Assembly (NCBI GenBank): GCA_965368975.1
Contig: CBDUPA010000031.1
Coordinates: 1 to 48,852, forward strand
Origin: an uncultured bacterium
Lineage (GTDB): Bacteria > Acidobacteriota > Thermoanaerobaculia > Multivoradales > JAHZIX01
Reading direction: 5' to 3'
DNA: 48,852 nt
A model generated the notes under the pieces. It ran no database searches. It saw only the letters and a list, made by a program, of their open reading frames with translations, and was not told where the DNA came from. The position numbers and the translations under genes are program-made. Shown here one piece after another: positions 26,909 to 35,918 of this stretch (position 1 is the first letter of the stretch; each line of letters begins with the position of its first letter).

Positions 26909-28684
26909 TCAAGCCGAGGCGAGCGCCTCTTCCAGTTGCTGACGGCGGTACAGATCCGCGTACAGACCGCCGTTCTCTACCAGTTCTTCGTGCCGGCCGC
27001 GCTCCGAGATGCGGCCGTCTTCGAGCACCAGGATCAAGTCGGCCTGCTGCACCGCCGAAATGCGGTGCGAGACCAGGAACACCGTGCGCCCCTGGAATAC
27101 CTGGCGCAGGTGGCCGAGGATGCGTTCCTCGGTCTGGGCGTCGACGGCGGACAGGCAATCGTCGAGCAACAGCAGGCGCGGCTGGCGCAGCAGAGCCCGC
27201 GCGATGGCCACGCGCTGCTTCTGGCCCCCCGACAGGGTGATGCCGCGCTCCCCCACTACAGTGTCGAGCCCCTTGGGCAGAAACTCGAGGTCGTCGTCCA
27301 GGCCGGCGCGGTGTGCCGCTTCCCGGATGTCGTCCTCGCTGGCGTCCGGCACGCCGAAGGCGATGTTCTCGCGCACGGTGGCCGAGAACAGGAAGGTCTC
27401 CTGCGTCACCATGCCGATATGCCCACGCAGAGTGGCCAAGGGCAGACGCCGTACGTCGATACCGTCGATGAACAGGCTGTCCGGCGGTGGATCGATCAGC
27501 CGCGGCAGCAGTGACAAGAGTGTGCTCTTGCCGGCCCCAGTGCGCCCCACCAAGGCCACAGTGGTGCCCGCGGGAACCGCCAGGTCGATGTCCTGCAGCA
27601 CGCGGGGGCCGTGGTTCCCGTCGCCGGCTTCGCTGTCGCTGTTCGCATACGAGAAGTCGAGTTTGCGGAAAGCGACGTCGCCGCGCAGGCCATCGACCTG
27701 GATCGGCGACGGATCGTCGCGGATCTCGGGCTCGGTGGCGAGCACACCGTGAATGCGGCTCATCGACGCTGCACCACGCTGTACCAGGTTGATCACCCAA
27801 CCGATGGCGATCATCGGCCAGATCAGCTTCTGCAGGAAGAGGTTGAACTGGACGAACTCACCGACCGAGATCTGCCCCAGGTAGGTGATCGTACCGCCGT
27901 ACGCCAGCACGGCCACGAAGCCGAGTCCAACCAGCATGCGCAGGAGCGGCTGGAAGGCGGCGGACCACAAGATCAAGCCGCGGTTGCGCTCGACATACTC
28001 GGCATTGAGACCGCGGAAGTCTTCGACCTCGTGCGGCTCCTGGACGTAGGCGCGGACCACGCGCGCTCCGCTGAGGTTCTCCTGCACCTTGCTGGAAAGC
28101 GTCGAGTACTGCTCCTGCACCTGCTGGAAGTGGTGGTGGATGTGACTGCCGAACTCGCGCGTCGCCAGTGCGACCAGTGGCATGGCGCACAGTGCGATGA
28201 GAGTCAGCGAGCCGTGGATGCGTCCCATCAGGATCAGGCAGCCGATGCCGGAGAACAGCGTGTTGGCGCTGTACATGATCGCCGGCCCGCAGATCTGGCG
28301 CACCGCCTCTAGATCGTTGGTGGCACGCGCCATCAGATCACCGGTCGGATGGTCGTGGTAGAAGCTCTGCGGCAGTGCCTGCAAGTGCTGGTAGTAGTCG
28401 TTGCGCAGGTCGAACTCGACCTCGCGGCTCATCGCTACCAGCAACATCCGGTGGCCGTAGCTGAACACCCCTTGCACCAGCGCGATAGCGAGCAGCAGCC
28501 CGGCATAGCGCAGCAGCGTGCCGGCGCTCAGCTCGTTGTACAGCGTGTCGATCGCGCTGCCGACGACGAGTGGCGACAACAGACCAAGGCCCGCCATGCA
28601 GACCACACACAAGAGCCCCAGCAGCAAACGCCCGCGGTGACGGGCAAAGTACGGCAGCAGATAGAGCAGGGCCTGGGTTTGCAT
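26909..28684 (-). CDS. ABC exporter, fused permease/ATPase (MdlA/YheI-like)
   Basis: TGDLMARATND; Walker A GRTGAGKS; LSGGQKQR; LLLDDCLSAVD. Confidence 0.95.
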   Translation of the reverse strand: MQTQALLYLLPYFARHRGRLLLGLLCVVCMAGLGLLSPLVVGSAIDTLYNELSAGTLLRYAGLLLAIALVQGVFSYGHRMLLVAMSREVEFDLRNDYYQHLQALPQSFYHDHPTGDLMARATNDLEAVRQICGPAIMYSANTLFSGIGCLILMGRIHGSLTLIALCAMPLVALATREFGSHIHHHFQQVQEQYSTLSSKVQENLSGARVVRAYVQEPHEVEDFRGLNAEYVERNRGLILWSAAFQPLLRMLVGLGFVAVLAYGGTITYLGQISVGEFVQFNLFLQKLIWPMIAIGWVINLVQRGAASMSRIHGVLATEPEIRDDPSPIQVDGLRGDVAFRKLDFSYANSDSEAGDGNHGPRVLQDIDLAVPAGTTVALVGRTGAGKSTLLSLLPRLIDPPPDSLFIDGIDVRRLPLATLRGHIGMVTQETFLFSATVRENIAFGVPDASEDDIREAAHRAGLDDDLEFLPKGLDTVVGERGITLSGGQKQRVAIARALLRQPRLLLLDDCLSAVDAQTEERILGHLRQVFQGRTVFLVSHRISAVQQADLILVLEDGRISERGRHEELVENGGLYADLYRRQQLEEALASA

Positions 28685-29464
28685 TCAGCCTGGAATCTTT
28701 GCGCGATCGGACGTGGCGGCCGGCGCTTCGGAGACCAGATCCTCCGGCAGCGCGCCGACGGCCAGGATACCCTCCCGACCCGCAGGATGTAGCGCCGGCG
28801 GCATGGGAGCCTGTGTGCTCAGCGTCGCTTCCAGGCGCAGGATGGGGCGTCCTTCTTCGATGTATTTGGCTTCGTAGTTGGTGCGCGCGCCGTCCGGCCA
28901 CGGCTCGGGGTGTACCTGCACGTCGAGGCCCGGATACCCCTCGAGCAGGGCTTGTACCCGTTCGCCGTAGCGCAGGAAGTCCGTCGCGAAGCACAGTGTC
29001 CCGCCGGGTTGCAGCAGACCGAGAACCAGGTCGACGCGCTCGGCGTCGAACATGCGGCGCTTGTGGTGGCGCGCTTTGGGCCACGGGTCCGGGAAGTAGA
29101 CGTGCACGCGCCGTGCGAAGCCTGTCGGCAATGCACTGGACATCAAGTAGAGCGCGTCGGCACGAACGATCAGCAGGTTGTCGAGACTCTTGCGCCGGCC
29201 GCGGTCACGCGCCATCCGGTAGTACTTGGAGACCAGCTCGATGCCCAGGAAGCGTACGTCCGGGCACGCCTGCGCTTGCTGCAACAGGTAGCGGCCTTTG
29301 CCGAAGCCCAGCTCGACCTCCCAGGGTGCATCCACGGTGCTTGCCGTGTCTGCTGTGGGCGCCGTGTCTGCTGCGAGCAACAATGCCGCCAGATCCAGGG
29401 GCAACTCGACGTCGGCCAGCGAAAGGGTGCGCTGACGGGTAGAGATCTGCACCGGCAGCATCAC
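28685..29464 (-). CDS. trmB: tRNA (guanine-N7)-methyltransferase
   Basis: ELGFGKG, FLGIE, YFPDPWPKARHHKRR, ATD, TNYEAK. Confidence 0.92.
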   Translation of the reverse strand: MMLPVQISTRQRTLSLADVELPLDLAALLLAADTAPTADTASTVDAPWEVELGFGKGRYLLQQAQACPDVRFLGIELVSKYYRMARDRGRRKSLDNLLIVRADALYLMSSALPTGFARRVHVYFPDPWPKARHHKRRMFDAERVDLVLGLLQPGGTLCFATDFLRYGERVQALLEGYPGLDVQVHPEPWPDGARTNYEAKYIEEGRPILRLEATLSTQAPMPPALHPAGREGILAVGALPEDLVSEAPAATSDRAKIPG

Positions 29465-30549
29465 AGCAGGATCTCCCGTCCGCCCGCCTTGAGCTGGTCG
29501 ACGATCGCACGCACTTCCTGCGCCCGCTCGCGCGGCAGCACCAACACGGCATCTTCAGTGCGCACCACCACCAGACCCTCGACGCCGACCACTGCGACGG
29601 TCCCGGCATCGGCCACCAGTAGATTGTCGCGCGCGTCACCTGCCACCAGCACGTCGCCGCGGCAGGCGTTGCCGGCGGCGTCGACGGCGCCGATCTCCGT
29701 CAGCACCTCGTGCAATGCCTGCCAGGAACCCAGGTCACTCCAGCCGCAATCGAGCGGCAGCGCGGCGATGTTGTCCAGCTTCTCCATCAGGCCGAAGTCG
29801 ATCGAGGTCGCTGGCAAGCTGCCGTAGAGCGTCGCGACCTGCTCCGGCACCGCGGCAATCGCTTCGAGGCCGGCGGCAAGGCCCGGCAGGTGCTGTTGCA
29901 GCAGCTCGAGCAGCACCTCACCGCGGAAGACGAAGATACCGGCGTTCCACAGATAGCCGCCTCTCGCCAGGAACCGCTCGGCGGTCGCCAGGTCGGGCTT
30001 CTCGCGGAAGCGTGCGACGCGTCGCAGGCCGGTCTCGGCATCCAGCTCGCCGCCCAGCTCCAGGTACCCGTAGCCGGTTTCCGGGCGGTGCGGGGTGACA
30101 CCGAGCGTGAGTATCTGCTCGCGACCATCGACCTTGCGCTCGGCAGCAGTCGCAGCGGCGGCCAGGGTGGCGCGGAAGGCGTCCGTGTCGGCAACCCGGT
30201 GGTCGGCCGGCAGCACGGCGACGACACCGCTGCGCACCGACTCCGGCATCGAGCGCACCGCCCAACCGATGGCGGCGGCCGTGTTACGCCCCTCGGGCTC
30301 GCACAGGATCTGCGACGCTGGTACCTCGGGCAGTTCTGCGCGCACCGCCTCTGCCAGGCTGCGGGTGGTACACACCCAGACCTGCGACGGCGGGATCAGC
30401 GGCTGCAGACGCTCGAGGGTCGCGCGCAGCAGTGAGCGGTCACCGTCGAGCGGCAACAATTGCTTGGGGCGATGGCGGCGACTGGAGGGCCAAAAGCGCG
30501 TACCGCTGCCACCAGCTAGAATCAGGGCCTGTACATCCGATTGACGCAT
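29461..30549 (-). CDS. manC: Mannose-1-phosphate guanylyltransferase
   Basis: ILAGGSGTRFWPSSR..PKQLL, EPEGRNTA, PADH, ETGYGY, FREKPD, WNAGIF, WSDLGSW. Confidence 0.94.
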   Translation of the reverse strand: MRQSDVQALILAGGSGTRFWPSSRRHRPKQLLPLDGDRSLLRATLERLQPLIPPSQVWVCTTRSLAEAVRAELPEVPASQILCEPEGRNTAAAIGWAVRSMPESVRSGVVAVLPADHRVADTDAFRATLAAAATAAERKVDGREQILTLGVTPHRPETGYGYLELGGELDAETGLRRVARFREKPDLATAERFLARGGYLWNAGIFVFRGEVLLELLQQHLPGLAAGLEAIAAVPEQVATLYGSLPATSIDFGLMEKLDNIAALPLDCGWSDLGSWQALHEVLTEIGAVDAAGNACRGDVLVAGDARDNLLVADAGTVAVVGVEGLVVVRTEDAVLVLPRERAQEVRAIVDQLKAGGREILL

Positions 30550-30714
30550 GGGTTTCGAAACTTTGGTGGGAAGATGGAGCTCAGGTGGGTAGGCTGCGAA
30601 CTGCAGCACCCAGAACCGCAACGGAGTATACCGGCTGCCGGCGAAATCACCAGCACCGCGCCCATCACGACTACCCGGGGCTGAAAAGACCTCGACGACA
30701 AGGAGCTTGGCGCC

Positions 30715-31722
30715 ATGAGTCACATCCGTATCCCTCGTTCCTGGGAGCTAGCCGAAGCCCAGGCCACTGACGAGTCCGCCTACCTCGACCGGCGGCAAGT
30801 GCTACGCGGTCTGGGCCTGGGAACGCTGGGCATGAGTCTCAATCTGAGCATCGCGGGCTGTGTCGAGTCGGCACCCTCGGCTGGCGACAATGGCGCAGGC
30901 GGCAAGCTGGCACCCGCTGTCGGCAACCGCTTCGACGACGTCTTCCCCGCAGATCGCAACAAGGCCTTCAAGCTCGAAGGCGGCCGTCGCCTGACCCCCG
31001 AGGACATTGCCAGTGGCTACAACAACTTCTACGAGTTCACCACCGACAAGGAACGGGTGTGGGAGCTGGCACAGGGCTACAAAGTCGACCCGTGGAAGGT
31101 CGAGGTTGGCGGCCTGGTCCAGCAGCCGCGTACCCTGGACCTCGACGACTTCTTCACCCGCTTCCCGCTCGAGGAGCGCCTCTACCGCTTCCGCTGCGTC
31201 GAACGCTGGGCCATGCAGGTGCCCTGGACCGGCTTCCCGCTACACCGGCTGATCGACTACCTGGAACCGCTGTCGAGCGCCAAGTACGTCGCCTTCCACA
31301 CCTTCCTCGACCGCAGCCTGCCGGGCGTCGGCAATGGCCCCTGGTACCCGTGGCCCTACACCGAGGGTCTACGCCTGGATGAGGCGCGGCACGAGCTGGC
31401 CTTCGTGGCGGTCGGCATCTACGGGCACGGACTCCCGATGCAGCACGGTGCACCCTGGCGCGTGATCGTGCCGTGGAAGTATGGCTACAAGAGCCCCAAA
31501 TCGGTCATGCGCATCGAGTTCACCGCCGAGCAGCCGTCCACGTTCTGGAACGACTTCCAGCCTAGTGAATATGGCTTCTACTCCAACATCGATCCGGGCA
31601 AGCCGCACCCGCGCTGGAGCCAGGCACTCGAGACCGACATCGGCACGGGTCACCGGCGCGACACGCGGCTCTACAACGGCTACGACGAGGTCGCCTCGCT
31701 CTACGACGGCTCCGAAGCCTGA
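30715..31722 (+). CDS. msrP: Protein-methionine-sulfoxide reductase catalytic subunit
   Basis: Tat motif DRRQVL; YNNFYEF, EERLYRFRCVERW, YTEGLRLDEA, VPWKYGYKS, EYGFYSN, HPRWSQA. Confidence 0.95.
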   Translation: MSHIRIPRSWELAEAQATDESAYLDRRQVLRGLGLGTLGMSLNLSIAGCVESAPSAGDNGAGGKLAPAVGNRFDDVFPADRNKAFKLEGGRRLTPEDIASGYNNFYEFTTDKERVWELAQGYKVDPWKVEVGGLVQQPRTLDLDDFFTRFPLEERLYRFRCVERWAMQVPWTGFPLHRLIDYLEPLSSAKYVAFHTFLDRSLPGVGNGPWYPWPYTEGLRLDEARHELAFVAVGIYGHGLPMQHGAPWRVIVPWKYGYKSPKSVMRIEFTAEQPSTFWNDFQPSEYGFYSNIDPGKPHPRWSQALETDIGTGHRRDTRLYNGYDEVASLYDGSEA

Positions 31723-34085
31723 AAGCTCAGAGACGGCGCGCCCGGCTCGGGGTCGAGTTGCCGTAGCAGGTGCGCGCAATCCTCGCGCTGCGCCGCCGCG
31801 CGTCGCAAGACCGACACCGGCGCTGCCAGACCGTCTTGCGCTTCGAGTTCGGTCAGGGACAGTCCGGCCAACCGGACTTGGTGCAGCAAGTTCGCCAGCA
31901 GCCACCAGGTGTCGGCATCGTCGAGAGCGTCGGGTAGGTACGCGAGGGCGCGCCGACACAAGGCTTGGCGCGTAGACTCGTCGATCTCTCCACTGCTGTC
32001 CAGGTAGCCGACCAGAGCTTCGAAGCGCAAGGCAGGATGTGCCTCCTGGTGCCCCTCGGAGGTCTCTTCCGCCGCATCCTCGCCGACCGCCGCGAGTTCC
32101 AGCGCCTGTGCGTAGGCTTGTGCGGCATCGTCGCCTTCTCCCAGGTGAAGGCCCGAGCGCGCCACGGCCAGTGCCACGCTGAGCATGGTGTCGCGGACGC
32201 CGTCTTCGAGCGCCGATTCGATCGCATCGTTGAGCCAGGTCTGCGCCGCGGTGGCCTTGGAGCGCAGGGCGTCGATCTCCCCGCGCAACGCCAGCAAGTG
32301 CGTGCGCTCGTCGCGTACCTGCGGATCGTCGATGCGCGTGCAGCGTCCCAGGAGTTGGTCCAGGAGTGCCGCCGCCACTGCCTGGCGACCGGCACGGCGG
32401 GCGGCAGCCACGCGGAACAGGGTCAAGTCGCGCAGGAACGGCGGATCCCCCAGCTGGCCGCGCAACGCCGACGCCTCGGTGAAGTGCGCGTAGGCATTCT
32501 CGGCTCGACCGAGGCGGTATTCGAGATCGGCCGCGTGCACCGTGTAGTGCAACCAACGCAGCGCATCCTGCTCTGTCTGCGCCGCGGCAGCCCCCTCCAA
32601 CGCTTTGGGCAACGCTGCCGACAAGCGCAGCTGCTCACGGTACAGCACCAGCCAGGCCCGATTCTCGAACCGCACCAAGGCCGGCACGTGCTCGGCCAGC
32701 TCGTCACTGCGCCGCTTCCATTCCGCGACCTCGTCGATCGACGCTTCGCCACCGCGCAGGAGCAGAAGGGCTCCCAGATTGTCGGCCAGCAGGGATCGCG
32801 TGTAAGCCAGCTCGCGCAGCAAGGGATCTTTGGATGTTGCCGCCGGCGCTGGCGGCATCTCGGCATCCACCAGTGTGAACGCCTGTCGGCAATCCTCGAC
32901 CGCCTCCTCGACCCGCTCCATTCCCATCAGCAGGTAGGCGCGAATGTTGCGCCCCCAGGCCTCCAAGTGCACCGCGCGGCGGGCGCCGTGCGCCACAGCA
33001 CCGCGTTGTGCTTCGTCGATCGCTCGGTTGGCCCACTCCAGCGCCGCCGATCGCTGCTTCAGGCGTCGTCCGAGCACGACCGCCAGACGATAGGCGGTGA
33101 CGCTCAGGAGTGCTGCCTGATCGCTGGTGGCTTCGGGCTCCACCTGGTGACTCCAGGAGGCCATCAGGTGCCGCTGGAGAAAATGTCCCAGGGGCAGGTT
33201 GCCGTCCGAGCGAAACTGGCGATTGTGTGCCGCCAACGCCACGATTCCGTGCACTTCCGCGAGCTGCGAGCTTGTCAGCTGCGGTGGGACCTGTGCCTCG
33301 ACCCGTTCGAGCAGCGCCAGGCCTTGCCGCAACGCCGCTGTGAAAGCGAAACCGGCAAAGGCGTCGCGAACTCCAGCGAGTAGCTGGAGGACCGGCCGCT
33401 CGGGGGCGCCCTCGTCGTCGAGCTGACGCCCCAGAGCCGCGAAAGCAGCCGCCGGGCCCACCGCCGGCAAGGTCTCGATGCGCGTGGTCTCGAGCGTGCG
33501 CAGTCCCAAGACCAGGCGCCAGACGTCGTTCGGCGGTAGTCTCCAGGTGAGACCGTCCGGATCCGGCGGCTCTTGCGCGGCCTGGGGATCGAAGCCGGCG
33601 ACCAGGTCCGGTGCGGCATCCGGGAAGCGCCGGATCAAACGGCGCAAGGCTGACAAGCTTTCGCGGTCCAGCAGACTGAGATCCGGGATCACCAGGGTCA
33701 GCGATGGTGCCAGCGCGCACAGATCCCGCAGCAGCACCGCCCAACGCTCGAACAGGGGGTGCTGAACCAGCAAATTGTGACTCAGGTGTGAGAGTCGATC
33801 ACCCCCGAGTTGCGCGGCGTCGCGGGCCTCTTCGTCGGTCAGCTCCCGGCCGAGGCCATCAGGTCCAGCGCCCAACCCCAGGTAGGCCACCGCCGGATCT
33901 GTCTCCAAGACACCAGCTACAGCAGCACCGTGCTGCGCACGCAACCCACCGATCAGCCGATGAAGGCCAGCCCAAGGCCGAGTGTCGTACGGTGGTGCCA
34001 GCGCTAGCCAAGCGTCCCCCTGCGTCACCAGCTCCGCACAATGCCCATGCAGGCGCTCGGATGTCCCTTCCAGCAGCGTGATCAT
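31701..34085 (-). CDS. TPR-repeat protein (794 aa) with degenerate NTPase-like N-terminal region
   Basis: GAGGGAAGG before ATG 34085. TPR-like helices AALEWANRAIDEA, VEEAVEDCRQAFTL, LGRAENAYAHFTEA, AAQAYAQALELA. LTLVIPDLSLLDRESLSALRRL resembles the Walker B region of AAA_16/STAND proteins. Confidence 0.72.
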   Translation of the reverse strand: MITLLEGTSERLHGHCAELVTQGDAWLALAPPYDTRPWAGLHRLIGGLRAQHGAAVAGVLETDPAVAYLGLGAGPDGLGRELTDEEARDAAQLGGDRLSHLSHNLLVQHPLFERWAVLLRDLCALAPSLTLVIPDLSLLDRESLSALRRLIRRFPDAAPDLVAGFDPQAAQEPPDPDGLTWRLPPNDVWRLVLGLRTLETTRIETLPAVGPAAAFAALGRQLDDEGAPERPVLQLLAGVRDAFAGFAFTAALRQGLALLERVEAQVPPQLTSSQLAEVHGIVALAAHNRQFRSDGNLPLGHFLQRHLMASWSHQVEPEATSDQAALLSVTAYRLAVVLGRRLKQRSAALEWANRAIDEAQRGAVAHGARRAVHLEAWGRNIRAYLLMGMERVEEAVEDCRQAFTLVDAEMPPAPAATSKDPLLRELAYTRSLLADNLGALLLLRGGEASIDEVAEWKRRSDELAEHVPALVRFENRAWLVLYREQLRLSAALPKALEGAAAAQTEQDALRWLHYTVHAADLEYRLGRAENAYAHFTEASALRGQLGDPPFLRDLTLFRVAAARRAGRQAVAAALLDQLLGRCTRIDDPQVRDERTHLLALRGEIDALRSKATAAQTWLNDAIESALEDGVRDTMLSVALAVARSGLHLGEGDDAAQAYAQALELAAVGEDAAEETSEGHQEAHPALRFEALVGYLDSSGEIDESTRQALCRRALAYLPDALDDADTWWLLANLLHQVRLAGLSLTELEAQDGLAAPVSVLRRAAAQREDCAHLLRQLDPEPGAPSLSFQASEPS

Positions 34086-34164
34086 TTGAACCCTTCCCTC
34101 CGACCGAGGGGATGACAATGGAAACCATGAAGACGAGAAGTCAGGTCAAGGAGAACAATGCAAA

Positions 34165-34196
34165 CGGGCTCCGGCGACAGACAGTGCCGGAGCCCG
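34165..34196 (-). terminator. 11-bp perfect hairpin, terminator or attenuator after the peptide genes
   Basis: cgggctccggc-N10-gccggagcccg, followed on the minus strand by TTTGCATTGTT. Confidence 0.7.
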
Positions 34197-34229
34197 CGTA
34201 GGTTTCAGCCGGGACGAGTCAGATCGACC

Positions 34230-34397
34230 TCAGGCCAGCGCGTCCTGCGGGTAGTTGAAGTGAATGGCGCAGGTCTCGGGATCGATTCTCTCGCCTTCCA
34301 AACCAGCCGTCACGGTACGCAGCGCGTTCGCGGACAGGCGCGAGGCGGCGGTGGCGGTGGAACGAACGGCCTTGGCATCGAGCTTACGGATCTTCAT
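34230..34397 (-). CDS. Small precursor-like peptide 2 (55 aa; not in the ORF track)
   Basis: Manual translation MKIRKLDAKAVRSTATAASRLSANALRTVTAGLEGERIDPETCAIHFNYPQDALA*; AAGGAG RBS; clear paralog of the neighbouring peptide. Confidence 0.85.
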   Translation of the reverse strand: MKIRKLDAKAVRSTATAASRLSANALRTVTAGLEGERIDPETCAIHFNYPQDALA

Positions 34398-34421
34398 GCT
34401 GCTTCTCCTTGAGCGGCGCCC

Positions 34422-34586
34422 TCAGGCGAGGGCATCTTGAATGTAATAGTCGTGAATGGCGCAAATCTCAGGATCTACCTCACGACCAGCAGTGATGCGA
34501 CGCAAGTCGGCCTGGCTCAGGCGGGTCGCGGACGACATGCGGCAAGTGAGTTTGATCTGGTCACGGTTCAGGTCTCGAAGCTTCAT
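34422..34586 (-). CDS. Small precursor-like peptide 1 (54 aa)
   Basis: MKLRDLNRDQIKLTCRMSSATRLSQADLRRITAGREVDPEICAIHDYYIQDALA*; GGAGGAG RBS. Confidence 0.85.
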   Translation of the reverse strand: MKLRDLNRDQIKLTCRMSSATRLSQADLRRITAGREVDPEICAIHDYYIQDALA

Positions 34587-34723
34587 CAGTACTCCTCCAA
34601 AGTAGCCGGGAACCAGCACAGCCGGAGCCCGGGGTCAGCAGACGGAACGGCGGGCCTCCAAGATTAGCGCATCGGGCACATCAGCCGCCAGCTGTGCGGA
34701 TGAGTTCGGATACTATCAACACC

Positions 34724-35488
34724 ATGCACAACGACCCAACGTCCGCAACCCCGAGCAAGGTTGTCCGGGCTGAAGACAGCTCAGCCGAGACCTTCGCCGG
34801 AATCGTTCGGAGGCGGCGTTCGATCCGCAAGTTCGCCCCAAACGTCGAGATCCCGGAAGCGGTGATGAACGAATGCCTCGACCTGGCACTCCTTGCTGCC
34901 AACTCGAGCAACCTGCAACCGTGGGAGTTCTACTGGGTGCGTACGCCGGAACTCAAGGCGCAGTTCGGACCAGCCTGCCTGGATCAGAACGCGGCCAAGA
35001 CGGCGGCAGAACTGGTGGTTCTGGTCGCGCGGCGGGATACATGGAAGCGCAACCGGGACGAGTTGATGCAGTTGCTGCAGCAGGAGGGCGACGTGCCGGA
35101 GATCGTCCACAAGTACTACACCAAGCTGGTTCCGTTCATGTACAACCAAGGCCCGCTGGGGCTCTTCGGCTTTCTCAAACGCCTGATGTTCTTCTTCGCC
35201 GGCCTCGGACGGCCGGTCCCACGAGGGCCCGTCAGCCAAGCGGACATGCGCACCTGGGCGGTCAAGAGTACGGCACTGGCCGCGGAGAACCTGATGCTGG
35301 CGCTGAGCGCGCACGGCTTCGACAGCTGCCCGATGGAAGGCTTCGACGGACGCCGCGTGGCGCGCTTGCTGCACCTACCGCGGGGAGCCGAAGTGGTGAT
35401 GGTGCTCGCCGCTGGCAAGGGTGTGCCCGAAGGCGTCTACGGACCGCGGGTGCGCCTGCCGCGCGAGCGGGTGATCTTCGAGGTCTGA
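34724..35488 (+). CDS. Nitroreductase family protein
   Basis: RRRSIRKF, AANSSNLQPWEF, AAENLMLA, DSCPMEGFD. Start could be 34700; TACTAT 7 nt before 34724 suggests a leaderless start. Confidence 0.92.
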   Translation: MHNDPTSATPSKVVRAEDSSAETFAGIVRRRRSIRKFAPNVEIPEAVMNECLDLALLAANSSNLQPWEFYWVRTPELKAQFGPACLDQNAAKTAAELVVLVARRDTWKRNRDELMQLLQQEGDVPEIVHKYYTKLVPFMYNQGPLGLFGFLKRLMFFFAGLGRPVPRGPVSQADMRTWAVKSTALAAENLMLALSAHGFDSCPMEGFDGRRVARLLHLPRGAEVVMVLAAGKGVPEGVYGPRVRLPRERVIFEV

Positions 35489-35516
35489 GCTGGCGAGGTC
35501 TGAGCTGGCGAGGTCT
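35479..35516. repeat. 15-bp tandem repeat (2.5 copies)
   Basis: cgaggtctgagctgg twice plus cgaggtct, spanning the gap between two convergent stop codons. Confidence 0.85.
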
Positions 35517-35769
35517 AGGCTTCAGCCGGATCGGCCTCGTCTGCCGGCCTGATGACACAGCCGAGCAGCTCTTCGACGTCGGCGCGCCGGTTGGCAGGCA
35601 CCATGAGCTTGGCGCCGCTAGGCGTAACGCCGGTCATGCCGGGACCGAAGATGCCGACATCATCGCTCTGGACCAGGAAAGGGATGCCGTGCGGGTCCAG
35701 GGCGTGTCCGATGGTCTCCGCCTCGAGCCGTGAGCCGAAGCGTGCGACGGTTACGAATTCCTCACTCAT
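35515..35769 (-). CDS. DUF2007-like (putative signal-transducing) small protein
   Basis: VTVARFGSRLEAETIGHALDPHGIPFLVQSD..AKLMVP pattern. Confidence 0.75.
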   Translation of the reverse strand: MSEEFVTVARFGSRLEAETIGHALDPHGIPFLVQSDDVGIFGPGMTGVTPSGAKLMVPANRRADVEELLGCVIRPADEADPAEA

Positions 35770-35918
35770 GGTCTGTCCTTGGGATGGCACTCCCTGGGAG
35801 ATGTTGCGTCTTTGCAGATCATCTTGAGCAATCTATCATGGCACCGCACACCCTGTTCCGGCTAGGCTAGCCTATATACTCTCCAACCTAACTGAGATGT
35901 TTCGACACGGAGGAAGTC

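Noticed and set aside
14890-30549. TamB-BamA to ManC gene run as a novel system
   Set aside because: All are recognisable housekeeping or envelope families in an ordinary same-strand run.
31965-33383. 472-aa plus-strand ORF
   Set aside because: Antisense shadow of the TPR gene, which has an RBS and helical-repeat character.
34724-35488. Nitroreductase as an azoline dehydrogenase for the peptides
   Set aside because: It is divergently transcribed, looks like a stand-alone nitroreductase, and no YcaO is nearby. A link cannot be supported without co-occurrence data.
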